From the IMG/VR virus record IMGVR_UViG_3300042268_000564: a stretch of 64,000 nt of DNA; one strand, 5' to 3'. The notes below the pieces were generated by a model. The model was not told where the DNA came from. It was given only the letters and a program-made list of their open reading frames with translations, and ran no database searches. This stretch comes from a virus. Lineage: Duplodnaviria; Caudoviricetes. Positions within the stretch are counted from its first letter, which is position 1; each line of letters starts with the position of its first letter. Below are positions 63,415 to 64,000 of the stretch, piece by piece. A program made the position numbers and the translations under genes.

Positions 63415-64000
63415 TTATTTTAGTTCAAAAAGTTTTTTGTAGAATCTGTCGTAGTCACAGGCAATAGAGATAAATGTGTTTGTGCCATTGGCTCGTTCTG
63501 ATGACCACTTGTCGCCATTGAGAAGCAGGTTCACCTCGGCAAACTCGCAAAGCTTTTCCCCTTTAAGGGAACACATAAAGGTAAGTGCCATCAATGGGTC
63601 ATGCAACATTTTCTGGAATGGTCTCTTCTTCATTTTGAGCATGTTTCCATACTTTGCCATGCCATTAACAACTTCCATCATCCCGAAAGACAGATTAGCA
63701 GCATTGTATAGAGAAACATGCAAAGACTCATCATAAAGTGTGCCGTGGCAAACGTTTTTTGCTACAAGATGTCTTTTTACAACCTGTTTTGAATTTAAAA
63801 CATAGAGAGCAGCTTCTTTGTCACAATTAAAGTTAAAAGTTCTAACCTCTGTTTTGTTCTTAAACTTTGGCAACACATTTTCACTGGCAACAAGGTTACA
63901 CCCTGCAAAACCACCCTGAATATACATTCTTTCTACGGTGTCGGCGGGATAAGCTTCGAGATAAGCATGAACGTTGCTCAGGTAAGCACCAGTAAGGATA
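63415..64000 (-). CDS. Nucleoside hydrolase-like protein (5' partial)
   Basis: Frame is open to the window edge: ILTGAYLSN..., IQGG, TFNFNCD..AA, LHDPL. Confidence 0.7.
   Translation of the reverse strand, partial: ILTGAYLSNVHAYLEAYPADTVERMYIQGGFAGCNLVASENVLPKFKNKTEVRTFNFNCDKEAALYVLNSKQVVKRHLVAKNVCHGTLYDESLHVSLYNAANLSFGMMEVVNGMAKYGNMLKMKKRPFQKMLHDPLMALTFMCSLKGEKLCEFAEVNLLLNGDKWSSERANGTNTFISIACDYDRFYKKLFELK

Overview
The window looks like a segment of a large (jumbo-type) bacteriophage genome. It is AT-rich, uses the standard genetic code and is densely packed with short hypothetical genes on both strands. No major capsid, terminase or polymerase gene is recognisable. It carries auxiliary genes (DNA methyltransferase, tdk, ung, 5'-3' exonuclease, ferritin-like protein, GroES, M20/M28 peptidase, phosphoesterase, DUF1848, partial nucleoside hydrolase) and probable virion appendage genes (fibre-like, LamG, FN3/RCC1, beta-propellers). 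It also has a GHKL ATPase, a MoxR-AAA/vWA module, two IS200/IS605 TnpB elements, a LAGLIDADG intein and two tRNA clusters, including tRNA-Leu(UAA) split by a group I intron that encodes an HNH endonuclease. The main candidate for an undescribed system lies in the tRNA clusters: six ncRNAs share one covarying helix plus CAGCAA module in two reciprocal, circularly permuted forms. Three are anticodon stem-loops without a tRNA body (CAU, GUU, UGA), and three are tRNA bodies whose anticodon loop is replaced by the module. All calls come from manual motif reading; no searches were run.
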